DNA of 64,000 bases from Pseudomonadota bacterium (GTDB lineage: Bacteria > Bdellovibrionota > FAC87 > UBA2466). Within the stretch, counting starts at the first letter, position 1, and each line of letters starts with the position of its first letter. A program made the position numbers and the translations under genes. Below the pieces are notes generated by a model that worked only from the letters and a program-made list of their open reading frames with translations, had not been told where the DNA came from and made no database searches. This document shows, piece by piece, positions 1-9,012 of this stretch. The stretch covers positions 14,468-78,467 of the forward strand of contig RFNO01000117.1 of assembly GCA_009927165.1 (NCBI GenBank), read 5' to 3'.

Positions 1-953
1 GTGTAATGCCAACGGCCATAAGAAAACTCAATCGCAAAAAGAATGAGTGCAATCGCAAAGAGAATGGGAAAAAATTCACGTTCTAATTTAAATTGCGATG
101 AGGTTCTACCGGCCGAGAGTGATTGATTAAGCTGCTGAGCCAATAATGGTATGTTTTCGTAGGTGCCAGAAAAATAAGATCCTCCTGTTTTAAGTGAAAT
201 TTCCCGTAACAAAGGAGCGTTAAGTTTGGTTTTGATAATACTTCCAGTTTGGGGATCCCTCATAGGAGCACTTGGAAAAGGAATAGTACTTCCGTCTGGG
301 GTGCCAACGCCCACAGTAAAAATAGGGATATCTTTTTGTCGATATTGCGCAAGAGTTGCAGTGTCAAATTGACCATGCATTTCACCGTCCGAGATTAAAA
401 GTACCCGAGGTGTACTCCAGGTTTCTAGTTTGTCCGATGATTGAGTTTCGATTCTTCGAATAGTTGTCATCAAATTGTTCAGTGTTTCATTGAAGTCTGT
501 TCCTTGATGAGAGGTAAGACTAGGATCTACGGAAAGTAGTGAATCGGCGAGTGCGAATGTATCCGTGGTCAGCGGCAGTTGTAAAAAGCCTGAACTAGCG
601 AAGGGAAACAAGGCTACTCTTGGTTTGGTCAATTGTTCCAATGTTTTTTCGAGCAACAATACTGAGAATTGCAATCGATTGGGCAAAGTGTCATCAGCTA
701 GCATGCTGTTTGAGATGTCTAGCGCAACAAAGATATTAGCCGTGACGGGCTCAGGTTGACTGGTTCTCGTACCCCCTTGAGGGCGGCACAACCCAAAAAT
801 ACAGAAGCCAAAAGCTAGAGTAGAAAGCAGAAAGCGGCGCCAGTGAAACCATTCGGGCCAACGGTATCTTCGCCAGAGAAGATAACAGACAAAGAAGACC
901 CAGGGAATCATCCCCCAAAGCGCTTCAGGATTTAATAGGCGATAAGTGGTCAT
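1..953 (-). CDS. batB: BatB-like VWA domain membrane protein (runs off the window start)
   Basis: Not in the ORF track. ATG at 953 reads MTTYRLLNPEALWGMIPW; MIDAS motif DISNSM followed by DTLPNRL, later SDGE and GVGTPDG; lies directly after batA. Confidence 0.75.
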   Translation of the reverse strand, partial: MTTYRLLNPEALWGMIPWVFFVCYLLWRRYRWPEWFHWRRFLLSTLAFGFCIFGLCRPQGGTRTSQPEPVTANIFVALDISNSMLADDTLPNRLQFSVLLLEKTLEQLTKPRVALFPFASSGFLQLPLTTDTFALADSLLSVDPSLTSHQGTDFNETLNNLMTTIRRIETQSSDKLETWSTPRVLLISDGEMHGQFDTATLAQYRQKDIPIFTVGVGTPDGSTIPFPSAPMRDPQTGSIIKTKLNAPLLREISLKTGGSYFSGTYENIPLLAQQLNQSLSAGRTSSQFKLEREFFPILFAIALILFAIEFSYGRWHY

Positions 954-1998
954 AAAAAATGATAGCGTCTCCCGGGCGCTTTATCTTCCGGAGCTTTCTT
1001 TGAAAACGAGTCTCCAGAAGCACATAACAAATAGCAAAAAGAAGTGTAGCGAGAGCAGCCGGGTAAAAAAAGAGTTCTTCAGTTTCCGAAAGGGCATGAA
1101 CTTTGATTTTTGTTTTTTCTAGTTTATCAATCTCCTGAAGTATACGGGACAACATCCCCGTATCACGGGCCATATAGGATTTACCCCCAGTATTGTCAGC
1201 TATTTCCTTCAGAAGCTTCGGATTGAGATATGAGGGAACCTGAGCAACAACATGCAGTCTTTTGCCATTTCCATCAACCGCATAAATCGGAACTACAACG
1301 CGATCTTGCTGTCCAATCCCAATTGGATAAATACGAATCCCCTCTTGAGCTGCGAGTTTCGAAGCAGTAACAGGATTAATGGAGCCTACATTGCTATCGC
1401 CATCGGTCAAAAGAATAAGGACTTTGTTTTTCGATTGTGATTTTCGAAGTCTTGCGATTCCATTAGTGATCCCCAAGCCGATTGCTGTTCCCTGCTTAAG
1501 CTCTCTCAAGCGTACTTCCTCGACACGGCCAAGAAGAAATTCAAAGTCTCTCGTAAGTGGAGACATCATGATGGACTCGCCACCAAATGTGACCAGCCCT
1601 ATCCTATCGTTGGGTCTCTGTGAGATGAATTGCCGAATCACTTGCTTAGCTGCAAGAATTCGAGAAGGGGAGAGGTCTTCGGCGTCCATGCTTTCAGAAA
1701 CGTCCAGAACGAGCACAATATCGACCCCTTCAGTTGATTTTTTGACGAGGGTTTTGGTTCGGGTGGGACGTGCAATAACGACCACTAAAAGTCCTAGTGC
1801 CAACAGCTGTAATAGAAAGAGAACTCGAAACGCCCAACGTGTCCTGCGAATTGCGCTTTTGAGTTGCTCCCATGGCCCGGGCATTTTCGAAAGAAGAGGT
1901 TCTTTTTCTTTACGGGGTCGAAAAATAAAAAAGACTGCCAAAAGAGCAATGGGGATCAGGGCCCAAAGCAACTTGGGATAGAAAAAATGAGCACTCAC
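925..1998 (-). CDS. batA: BatA-like VWA domain membrane protein
   Basis: N-terminal BatA-type TM segment, DVSESM MIDAS, GTAIG, LTDG and a C-terminal TM helix; MoxR/DUF58 context. Confidence 0.85.
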   Translation of the reverse strand: MSAHFFYPKLLWALIPIALLAVFFIFRPRKEKEPLLSKMPGPWEQLKSAIRRTRWAFRVLFLLQLLALGLLVVVIARPTRTKTLVKKSTEGVDIVLVLDVSESMDAEDLSPSRILAAKQVIRQFISQRPNDRIGLVTFGGESIMMSPLTRDFEFLLGRVEEVRLRELKQGTAIGLGITNGIARLRKSQSKNKVLILLTDGDSNVGSINPVTASKLAAQEGIRIYPIGIGQQDRVVVPIYAVDGNGKRLHVVAQVPSYLNPKLLKEIADNTGGKSYMARDTGMLSRILQEIDKLEKTKIKVHALSETEELFFYPAALATLLFAICYVLLETRFQRKLRKIKRPGDAIIFYDHLSPIKS

Positions 1999-2870
1999 AG
2001 AAGCTCCCTTTCAATTGTGTTCAAGAGCTCCTCTGCAAGAGCAGAGTGCGGAGTGTGCTGAAACTTCACTGCATCCGTTTTGAGCAGGGAAGCGTGGATT
2101 TCAGAAGTGTGATATCGAGGGTTGATGCGCTTTTTGAGCTCCTGAGTTGTGAGCGATGGAGAAGGTTGATGAGTTTTTCTTTCAAAGAAAACTTTAAGAG
2201 TATAAGTGATCTCGTCGATCAGTTCCGCTTGGTTTCGGCCTTCAAGTAATTGTTTGCGAAAGCGTTGAATTTCTTTTCTGAGCCATTGGCGATCGCTGGT
2301 TAGGTTGGGTAGGGTGAAACTCAAGGAAAGTTGTCTTAAGCGAGCCCATTGAATCTGTTTGAAAGACCATTGAATAATCCAAGCAGTCGCCAAAAGTCCC
2401 AGAACCCAATAAAGCCCAGTCAGCAATTTTCTCCAGGGGAGGGGAGAAACAAGTCTTGGGAACTCAGCTCGGATCTCCATGTCATTTTCACTACGTGTAG
2501 AAATGACTGAGACTGTCTTTGCAACTGTGGAAAAAGTATCGGAACTTGATTTGATTTGTAGAGGCGGTATCGTAAAGGTTCCTGGTTGGTAAGCTGTAAA
2601 TTCATAGGTCCAAATGTGAGTGTTACTATCAACATGATAGTTACGCTCTAATAATTTTAGGTCAGGGTGGTCTACAACAAGGTCTTCAAAAAGTTGGGGA
2701 ACGCTGCCATCTTTGGCCAGTGGAAGACGCACAGTAAGTGTCGTCGTTTCGCCTATTTTAATAGTGGGTTTGTCCAGTTCATAAGTAAAGGGAAGAGCTA
2801 TATTACAGAGAATGGTAATAGCGCTGCCCAAAAAAATGAACCAATCTTTGAAGATAGTCATCTTGAACAC
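1995..2870 (-). CDS. BatD-like membrane-anchored protein of the Bat operon
   Basis: Beta-rich N-terminal domain (PGTFTIPP), TM helix and C-terminal SLTTQEL...KF region; sits between DUF58 and batA. Confidence 0.55.
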   Translation of the reverse strand: MFKMTIFKDWFIFLGSAITILCNIALPFTYELDKPTIKIGETTTLTVRLPLAKDGSVPQLFEDLVVDHPDLKLLERNYHVDSNTHIWTYEFTAYQPGTFTIPPLQIKSSSDTFSTVAKTVSVISTRSENDMEIRAEFPRLVSPLPWRKLLTGLYWVLGLLATAWIIQWSFKQIQWARLRQLSLSFTLPNLTSDRQWLRKEIQRFRKQLLEGRNQAELIDEITYTLKVFFERKTHQPSPSLTTQELKKRINPRYHTSEIHASLLKTDAVKFQHTPHSALAEELLNTIERELL

Positions 2871-3696
2871 TCAAAGGAAGAAAATCAGCTCGGCACTCCC
2901 TAGCTGTTTGTTCTAGTTGATTAGTAAAAGTTGAATAATATTGGGCCAAAGTTTTTCTGAAAAATAAGGATTCCGAATCCAGCAAATAAAAGTCCCCAGA
3001 TTCTGGATCACAAATTTCAGTAACGCCCTTGCTTGATATAAGGCGTTCTGAGTCGTCATAACCCTGCAGTAAGATAAGCTCATGATGTCGGCCAAGCGGT
3101 GAAAGCTCTAGTGAAAATGAAGTCATCAGAAAGTCTGACAAGATAAGAACAAGGCACTTCTCCTTTAGAGCTTTCTGACAAAAAGAGAGAGCTGGACGAA
3201 TATCACTGGGACGTTTATCAAGGTCGAGATTGAGTAGGAAGTTTATGGAAGTTAATACTTGCTCTTTACTTCGGCTGGGAGGGAAAAAACGTTTTACTTC
3301 TTGATCAAAAAACAGCAATCCCACATTGTGGTTGCATTTAAGTGCCCCCATTCCAAGCAAGGCAATGACTTCTGCGTACATATCTACTTTTCTCAAAGCT
3401 CCGGAACCAAAAAGCGATGAACCGCTTGCATCTACTAGCAAAATGACGGTGATTTCCCGTTCTTCCTCGTAGACTTTGAGGATGGGTTTTCCAGTTTTGG
3501 CTGTGGTCGTCCAGCTAATATGGCGAACATCATCGCCGGGCTCGTATTGCCTGAACTCCTTAAATTGCATACCTGTTCCGCGGAAGGGGCTTTCTGCAGT
3601 GCCTACATATGGTGAAGCCAACCGACGACGAGAAAAAAGATCGATTTGCTCGACAGCATGTAAAAGGGATGGCCTAAAGTGAAAATGTGCTTTCAT
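2803..3696 (-). CDS. DUF58 domain protein
   Basis: GMQFKEFRQYEPGDDVRHISW signature and DASGS motif; follows moxR. Confidence 0.9.
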   Translation of the reverse strand: MKAHFHFRPSLLHAVEQIDLFSRRRLASPYVGTAESPFRGTGMQFKEFRQYEPGDDVRHISWTTTAKTGKPILKVYEEEREITVILLVDASGSSLFGSGALRKVDMYAEVIALLGMGALKCNHNVGLLFFDQEVKRFFPPSRSKEQVLTSINFLLNLDLDKRPSDIRPALSFCQKALKEKCLVLILSDFLMTSFSLELSPLGRHHELILLQGYDDSERLISSKGVTEICDPESGDFYLLDSESLFFRKTLAQYYSTFTNQLEQTARECRADFLPLSVQDDYLQRLVHFFGQRYYHSL

Positions 3697-3710
3697 GAAA
3701 AAATATCAAT

Positions 3711-4757
3711 TTAGGGAACGGTTACGGTTTCCAAAAGCTGACCAATGACCCGGTCACTACCCAATCCTCTGGCTTCAGCATCAAAAGTGAGGATAAGACG
3801 ATGGCGCAAAATTTCAGGTGCAACCGCTTTAATATCATCAGGTGTAACGAATGTCCTTCCCTCGAGAAACGCATTTGCCCTACTGGCTCGGTGAAGAAAT
3901 AGGGTCGCTCGCGGAGAAGCACCGATTCGAATGGATTGACGGAGATCCTTAAGTTTTGTTAAGTCGGCCTCCTGAGAATCTAGAACGGTATCTGAGCGAG
4001 TGGCTAGTACCAAACGCAAAATATATTCTTCAATACGTTTATCCGAATAAACGAGTTCTAGCCGAGTTCTCATTCTCAGAATGTCCTCGGTAGAAATTAC
4101 TTTTTGGACATGAGGAAGTTTTAAGCTGGCCATTCTTTCCATAATCCGCTTTTCTTCTTCTCTGGTTGGATATCCTACTTTGAGTTTGAACATGAAACGG
4201 TCTAGCTGGGCCTCGGGCAAAGTGTAAGTCCCCTCCTGTTCAATAGGATTTTGGGTGGCAAGCACTAAAAAGGGTTCTTGCAGGGGATAGGTGGAGTCTC
4301 CAATCGTAACTTGTTTTTCAGCCATAGCTTCCAGAAGGGCACTCTGAACTTTTGCTGGAGCTCGATTGATTTCATCGGCCAGAATTAGGTTTGAAAATAA
4401 AGGGCCCTTTTTGGGAACAAAGTCATGAGTGTCCTGACGATAAATAATGGTCCCAATCAGATCGCTGGGAAGAAGATCAGGGGTGAATTGAATCCGTTGA
4501 AATTTAGCATCCATAGCCGCAGCTAGGCTTTTTACTGCGAGCGTTTTTGCAAGACCGGGGAGGCCCTCCAGAAGCACATGGCCTTCAGTCAGTAAACCCA
4601 GCAGTAAACTGCGAGTCATATGTTCTTGCCCCACAATGACTTTACTCATTTCGGCGAGTACCACTTTTAGAGCTTTGGATTCGTGCTCTACTTGTTCCCG
4701 AAAAACGGCGGAATGGGCAGCCGATTCAACGATTTTTGTGCTTTCTGAATTTTGCAT
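3711..4757 (-). CDS. moxR: MoxR family AAA+ ATPase
   Basis: GLPGLAKT Walker A, RIQFTPDLLPSD, DEINRA, ATQNPIEQEGTY, LDRF. Confidence 0.95.
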   Translation of the reverse strand: MQNSESTKIVESAAHSAVFREQVEHESKALKVVLAEMSKVIVGQEHMTRSLLLGLLTEGHVLLEGLPGLAKTLAVKSLAAAMDAKFQRIQFTPDLLPSDLIGTIIYRQDTHDFVPKKGPLFSNLILADEINRAPAKVQSALLEAMAEKQVTIGDSTYPLQEPFLVLATQNPIEQEGTYTLPEAQLDRFMFKLKVGYPTREEEKRIMERMASLKLPHVQKVISTEDILRMRTRLELVYSDKRIEEYILRLVLATRSDTVLDSQEADLTKLKDLRQSIRIGASPRATLFLHRASRANAFLEGRTFVTPDDIKAVAPEILRHRLILTFDAEARGLGSDRVIGQLLETVTVP

Positions 4758-4819
4758 GGGGTAATCTCTAAGTTAGAGGTAAGATTCTTTCATTTTAACG
4801 AATGATCAGGAATTTCGAT

Positions 4820-5107
4820 ATGCCGATCGTAACTCTTTCTCCTTTGGAAAAAAGCCTCGAAGTCCCCCACGAAACTCTGCTATTTGATGCGGTGTGCAGG
4901 GCCGGATTGCCGATTGCGTCATCGTGCAGCGCTGTGGCTGTGTGCGGCAAATGCATCGTTCAGGTTCTCAGCGGTACCGGAAACCTTTCGGAAGTCTCGG
5001 AATACGAAAAAAAACTCTTAATTCGGGATCGAAGAAAACCCAATGAGAGAATTGCTTGTATGACCAAAGTTCAGGGCGACTGTAGGATCACCACCACTTA
5101 TTGGTAA
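4820..5107 (+). CDS. 2Fe-2S ferredoxin
   Basis: CSAVAVCGKC plus distal RIAC cysteine pattern; start chosen at ATG 4820. Confidence 0.85.
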   Translation: MPIVTLSPLEKSLEVPHETLLFDAVCRAGLPIASSCSAVAVCGKCIVQVLSGTGNLSEVSEYEKKLLIRDRRKPNERIACMTKVQGDCRITTTYW

Positions 5108-5108
5108 T

Positions 5109-6743
5109 TTAATCGATCGCTTTTTGAAGAATATCGGCTGCTCGATTTGGGCCAATGGCTAAAAGAAACGCAGCCAACTTGGGACCATTTGGTTTTGCCA
5201 CCAATACTTGATAGACATCTTTGAAAAATACTTTTCCTTCAATGCCATGATTTTTCATAATCTCCCAAGTTCTATTGGCGAGCATTTCCTCTGATTGAGT
5301 TGCTTTGCCTTCTCTTAGCGTCTGGACCAATTCTTTCATCGCTAATGGAAATTGAGATTTGTGTTTTGGAGCCGATTGAAGAGTAAAACGGAATTCCTCG
5401 GGTGCGTAAGTGGTAATCCATTTCCAGGCTCTTTTTGAGCGTGATAAAAAGCGTTTTTCATCTTCGTCATTGCGAATATCTTTTTGATAAAAAGCTTTTG
5501 TTTTTTGTAAATCGCCTTCCTGAATTTGTAATAAATTGCAAAGATGTCTGAAAGGAAATTGCACTGGCAAAGTCTGGTTCTCAGTGGAAGTATCGACGCG
5601 AGAGAATTCATAGATTCTCTTCTCGTAATTCACTTTTTTGTCCTCTCCTTTTTCCAAGCCAAAGGCAAACCGTTCACATCGATCAAAATCGTCATAGGCC
5701 TTCATAACATCTAAGTCGAAAGCAATCGAAAAATCGAGATTGGGCTTTCTGCTGGCAAATAGGTAACGAACTAATGCGGGCTCATAGATTTCTAAAGCTT
5801 CAGTTAGCGTGATGAGGTTTCCTGAAGAAGAGGAGAGCTTAGAGCCCACTCCTTTTGCGAGAACGAAGTCATACTGCACATAAAAAGGTGGTTCTCTTTT
5901 CCAGATTTCCCTAACGATTTCACAGCCCGTATCGTAGGATCCTCCTTGCGACGAATGGTCTTTTCCACCTGGTTCAAAATCGACTTGTTCTTTGGACCAG
6001 CGCATAGGCCAGTCTACTCTCCAAAGGAGTTTAACCCCTTCTTCTTTTCGAAAATCGATAGAGAATTCTTGCTTGCAAGCTTTGCAAAAGTATTTAACCA
6101 ATGAAGTATCGTCGTGAGAGACCACTTCAGTAGTGTCGCGATCACACTGTTTACAGAAAATGCTGAGACAAGACCAATTCGACGGCAAATTTTCGGTACG
6201 AGACCGATTTAAAATGTCAGCAATTTTTTTCTGGTTTTTCAAGGCAACCGAAATCCCCTCAGCATATTGACCAGAACGGTATTGCTCATTTTGATAAATG
6301 AAGTGGGGCTGAATACCCAATTGGGCAATTTCTTTTTCAAAACGGGTTTCAAAATGTCTAGCATAAGAGGTCTCAGTTCCAAACGGGTCTGGTATCTTAG
6401 CTAAGGGCCGGCGAAGATTTTTTTCAATTAGTTCCGAATTTGGTAAATTTGCGGGAACTTTTCTAAGCGCATCGTAGTCATCCCAGCTGTAAATAAAACG
6501 AACCTTTTTTCCACGGTCCTTAAGAGCTCTGACGACGAAATCCACTGTGATGACTTCTCTGAAATTGCCGATGTGTACCACACCGCTTGGGGAGATTCCT
6601 GAAGCACAAACCAATACTTCTTTTTCAGGGTGCTTTGCCAATAAAGCTTCCGCAGCGTGATCGGCCCAATGAACAGTAGGGGTATCAGAACTGTCTGCGG
6701 ATGGGGAAGATTTTTGCATTTTTTCTTTTTCCATAACGACCAT
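5109..6743 (-). CDS. lysS: Class I lysine--tRNA ligase
   Basis: HWAD, GISPSGVVHIGN (HIGH), WRVDWPMRW, EPGGKDH, KLSSS (KMSKS) and GPKLAAF. Confidence 0.95.
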   Translation of the reverse strand: MVVMEKEKMQKSSPSADSSDTPTVHWADHAAEALLAKHPEKEVLVCASGISPSGVVHIGNFREVITVDFVVRALKDRGKKVRFIYSWDDYDALRKVPANLPNSELIEKNLRRPLAKIPDPFGTETSYARHFETRFEKEIAQLGIQPHFIYQNEQYRSGQYAEGISVALKNQKKIADILNRSRTENLPSNWSCLSIFCKQCDRDTTEVVSHDDTSLVKYFCKACKQEFSIDFRKEEGVKLLWRVDWPMRWSKEQVDFEPGGKDHSSQGGSYDTGCEIVREIWKREPPFYVQYDFVLAKGVGSKLSSSSGNLITLTEALEIYEPALVRYLFASRKPNLDFSIAFDLDVMKAYDDFDRCERFAFGLEKGEDKKVNYEKRIYEFSRVDTSTENQTLPVQFPFRHLCNLLQIQEGDLQKTKAFYQKDIRNDEDEKRFLSRSKRAWKWITTYAPEEFRFTLQSAPKHKSQFPLAMKELVQTLREGKATQSEEMLANRTWEIMKNHGIEGKVFFKDVYQVLVAKPNGPKLAAFLLAIGPNRAADILQKAID

Positions 6744-6805
6744 CTATAACATTTTTCTTTTCTGAGATCATTCCCAATACATAATAAATGGCCTATAGTT
6801 GACCT

Positions 6806-7303
6806 ATGAAACCTTGGGCCTGGCTTTTAATATTTGCAATGACAGTTGGGGCGTCAGTTTATCTCTGGAAAAAAGCACCCGGAACAAGCGTATCTCCGGT
6901 GGAAATGCCCCAAGGCCTTTCTAATGCACCCTTAGAACCCCCGGCGGTGGGTGCCCCCTCGTTGGAGACTAAGACTCAGCCAACGGCAAAAGAGGGAAGT
7001 CGCTTGCCTGTTCCGCGGCCCCCCACTCCTGAAGGCAACTCTCCAGAAGTGGTCCCGGTACCCCCTCCGCCTGAATTTAGGCTTTCGGACCCCATAGCAT
7101 CACCGCCGAACATGTATCCGCCATCCGGTGACCCAGATCCTGATTTGGGATATCCCGGTTACGTGCCTCCTCCCGGTTATCCTCCGGGAAGTGCGCCACC
7201 CGAGGAGGGAGAATCTGGATTTGTTCCTCAACCGTTTGAGCCTCCTCCTCCCCTGGATGAGGAGTTCATTCCTCCGCCACCGCCTGAGCCACCGGGAGAA
7301 TAA
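6806..7303 (+). CDS. Proline-rich membrane-anchored hypothetical protein
   Basis: N-terminal hydrophobic helix followed by a P/E-rich disordered tail; 3 nt upstream of lolC/E. Confidence 0.65.
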   Translation: MKPWAWLLIFAMTVGASVYLWKKAPGTSVSPVEMPQGLSNAPLEPPAVGAPSLETKTQPTAKEGSRLPVPRPPTPEGNSPEVVPVPPPPEFRLSDPIASPPNMYPPSGDPDPDLGYPGYVPPPGYPPGSAPPEEGESGFVPQPFEPPPPLDEEFIPPPPPEPPGE

Positions 7304-7306
7304 ATC

Positions 7307-8512
7307 GTGAGCCTTTCATTTATCGCTTGGCGATTTATGCTTCGTGGGACCGAACGAGGCACTTTTAGTGCGATGACTCTTTTTGCTTGGTTAGCCATCG
7401 GAGTAGGGGTGGGTGCGATGAGTTCGCTCTTGTCGGTTATGTACGGATTTGAAGGAGCTCTCAGGGAAAAAGTACTCAACGCTTATCCCCATATTTTGGT
7501 GGGATCAAAAGATCCGAGTAAACCATTGGAACCGTCGGTTGATTTTGAGCGAATAGTTCGATCTTTGCCACAAGTACAGAAATGTTTCCCTTATGTTCAA
7601 AACGAAATGATTCTCCAAACTTCAAGAAGAGGGCTTGGGGCTGTTATTTGGGGGGTGCCTGGATCGGAACTTCCGAATCTAAAATTTAAAGTGCAGGAGG
7701 GAAATTGGCCTCAGGAAATGTCATCTTTGCCTCAAGCGATGTTGGGAAGCGAGCTGGGTGAACGACTGGGCTTAAGTACAAAGGATCAAATAAAAATTAT
7801 TTCACCACTCGAAAAATCTGGGCCGCTGGGGATGGTTCCCCAAAGCGAGCTAGTGGAAGTGGCTGGTCTTTTTGCTTCCGGCCATTATGAGTTTGATGAA
7901 CAATACGCTGTCATGCTCCTCGAGGATGTTCAGGAACTTCTGGGTTGGGGTAACGGACTCACGGGTTGGCAAGTGTGGGTAAATAGCCTTGAAGATACCG
8001 ATCAAGTGCTTACTGAAATTAAAAAGCATCTACCCGAGGGGTGGGAAGCAAAAAGTTGGAAGACATTTAACTCAGCCCTTTTTCAATCATTGAAGTTAGA
8101 ACAATATTCCATGTTCAGTATTTTGGTGTTTGCTATTTTGATTGCGGTAATGAACATTGTAATTACGCTTACTATGAATGTGAGTCATAAGCGAAAAAAT
8201 ATTGGTGTTCTCAGAGCGCTGGGAGCTACTCAATCCCAAATTCACAAGATATTCCTCTGTCAGGGCGCTTTTATGGGAGGAGTGGGGCTTACTCTGGGAG
8301 CCGTGCTGACGATTCTTTTTGTTGTTTATGTAAAATACTTTTCTGGCTATCAGCTACCAGAAATTTATTATGACCGAACCATTCCAATAGAAATTCGACC
8401 AGTCTCTATTTTTGCTATTTATGCAGTTGCTACTATTTTGATTTATCTCGCTACATTGTATCCAGCATCGCAAGCATCGAAGTTGAGTGCGATTGAAGCT
8501 ATTCGCGAATAG
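7307..8512 (+). CDS. Lipoprotein-releasing ABC transporter permease (LolC/E family)
   Basis: IAWRF N-terminus, SVMYGF, periplasmic domain and IGVLRALGA FtsX motif; four TM helices. Confidence 0.9.
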   Translation: MSLSFIAWRFMLRGTERGTFSAMTLFAWLAIGVGVGAMSSLLSVMYGFEGALREKVLNAYPHILVGSKDPSKPLEPSVDFERIVRSLPQVQKCFPYVQNEMILQTSRRGLGAVIWGVPGSELPNLKFKVQEGNWPQEMSSLPQAMLGSELGERLGLSTKDQIKIISPLEKSGPLGMVPQSELVEVAGLFASGHYEFDEQYAVMLLEDVQELLGWGNGLTGWQVWVNSLEDTDQVLTEIKKHLPEGWEAKSWKTFNSALFQSLKLEQYSMFSILVFAILIAVMNIVITLTMNVSHKRKNIGVLRALGATQSQIHKIFLCQGAFMGGVGLTLGAVLTILFVVYVKYFSGYQLPEIYYDRTIPIEIRPVSIFAIYAVATILIYLATLYPASQASKLSAIEAIRE

Positions 8513-8522
8513 TCTTGGCCTA

Positions 8523-9011
8523 TTAAGCTCGAAAATGTTTCGGAGATAAGATTTTTAGGATTTTGTTTTGAAGCTGAAACATCTTTCTTTCGTCGGCCAA
8601 GCTTCGCTCGTGATCATAACCGAACAAGTGCAGCATGCCGTGAACGGTAAGTCTTTCAAGTTCTCGTCCGAGTGATTCTCCGTATTCCTTTGCTTGACGT
8701 TTTGCAATGGGAAGACAGATCACCAAATCCCCGATATCCAAAATTGGAATTTCCGGTGAATCTGCCTCAATTCGAGAAAAAGAAAGAACGTCTGTTGGCT
8801 TGTTTTTTCCTCGATAACCACGGTTCAATTTCCTTACGATTTCAGTCCCTACGATACTGACTGAAACCATAATCTTTTGTCCCCGCTTGATGGTTTTACG
8901 TGTCACTGTTTTTGGTAATTGAGAAAGAGTAGTTCGAATGGCTTTTCTAATCCGAGCTTGGAAAGAAGCCGGAAAAGAGGAGGGACAAGAAATACAAATC
9001 GTAAGAACCAA
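8523..9011 (-). CDS. ybeY: rRNA maturation RNase YbeY
   Basis: LNRGYRGKNKPTDVLSF and HGMLHLFGYDH. Confidence 0.95.
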   Translation of the reverse strand: MVLTICISCPSSFPASFQARIRKAIRTTLSQLPKTVTRKTIKRGQKIMVSVSIVGTEIVRKLNRGYRGKNKPTDVLSFSRIEADSPEIPILDIGDLVICLPIAKRQAKEYGESLGRELERLTVHGMLHLFGYDHERSLADERKMFQLQNKILKILSPKHFRA

Positions 9012-9012
9012 T

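Noticed and set aside
1-4757. MoxR-DUF58-Bat operon as a novel system
   Set aside because: This is a well-known, widespread gene arrangement.
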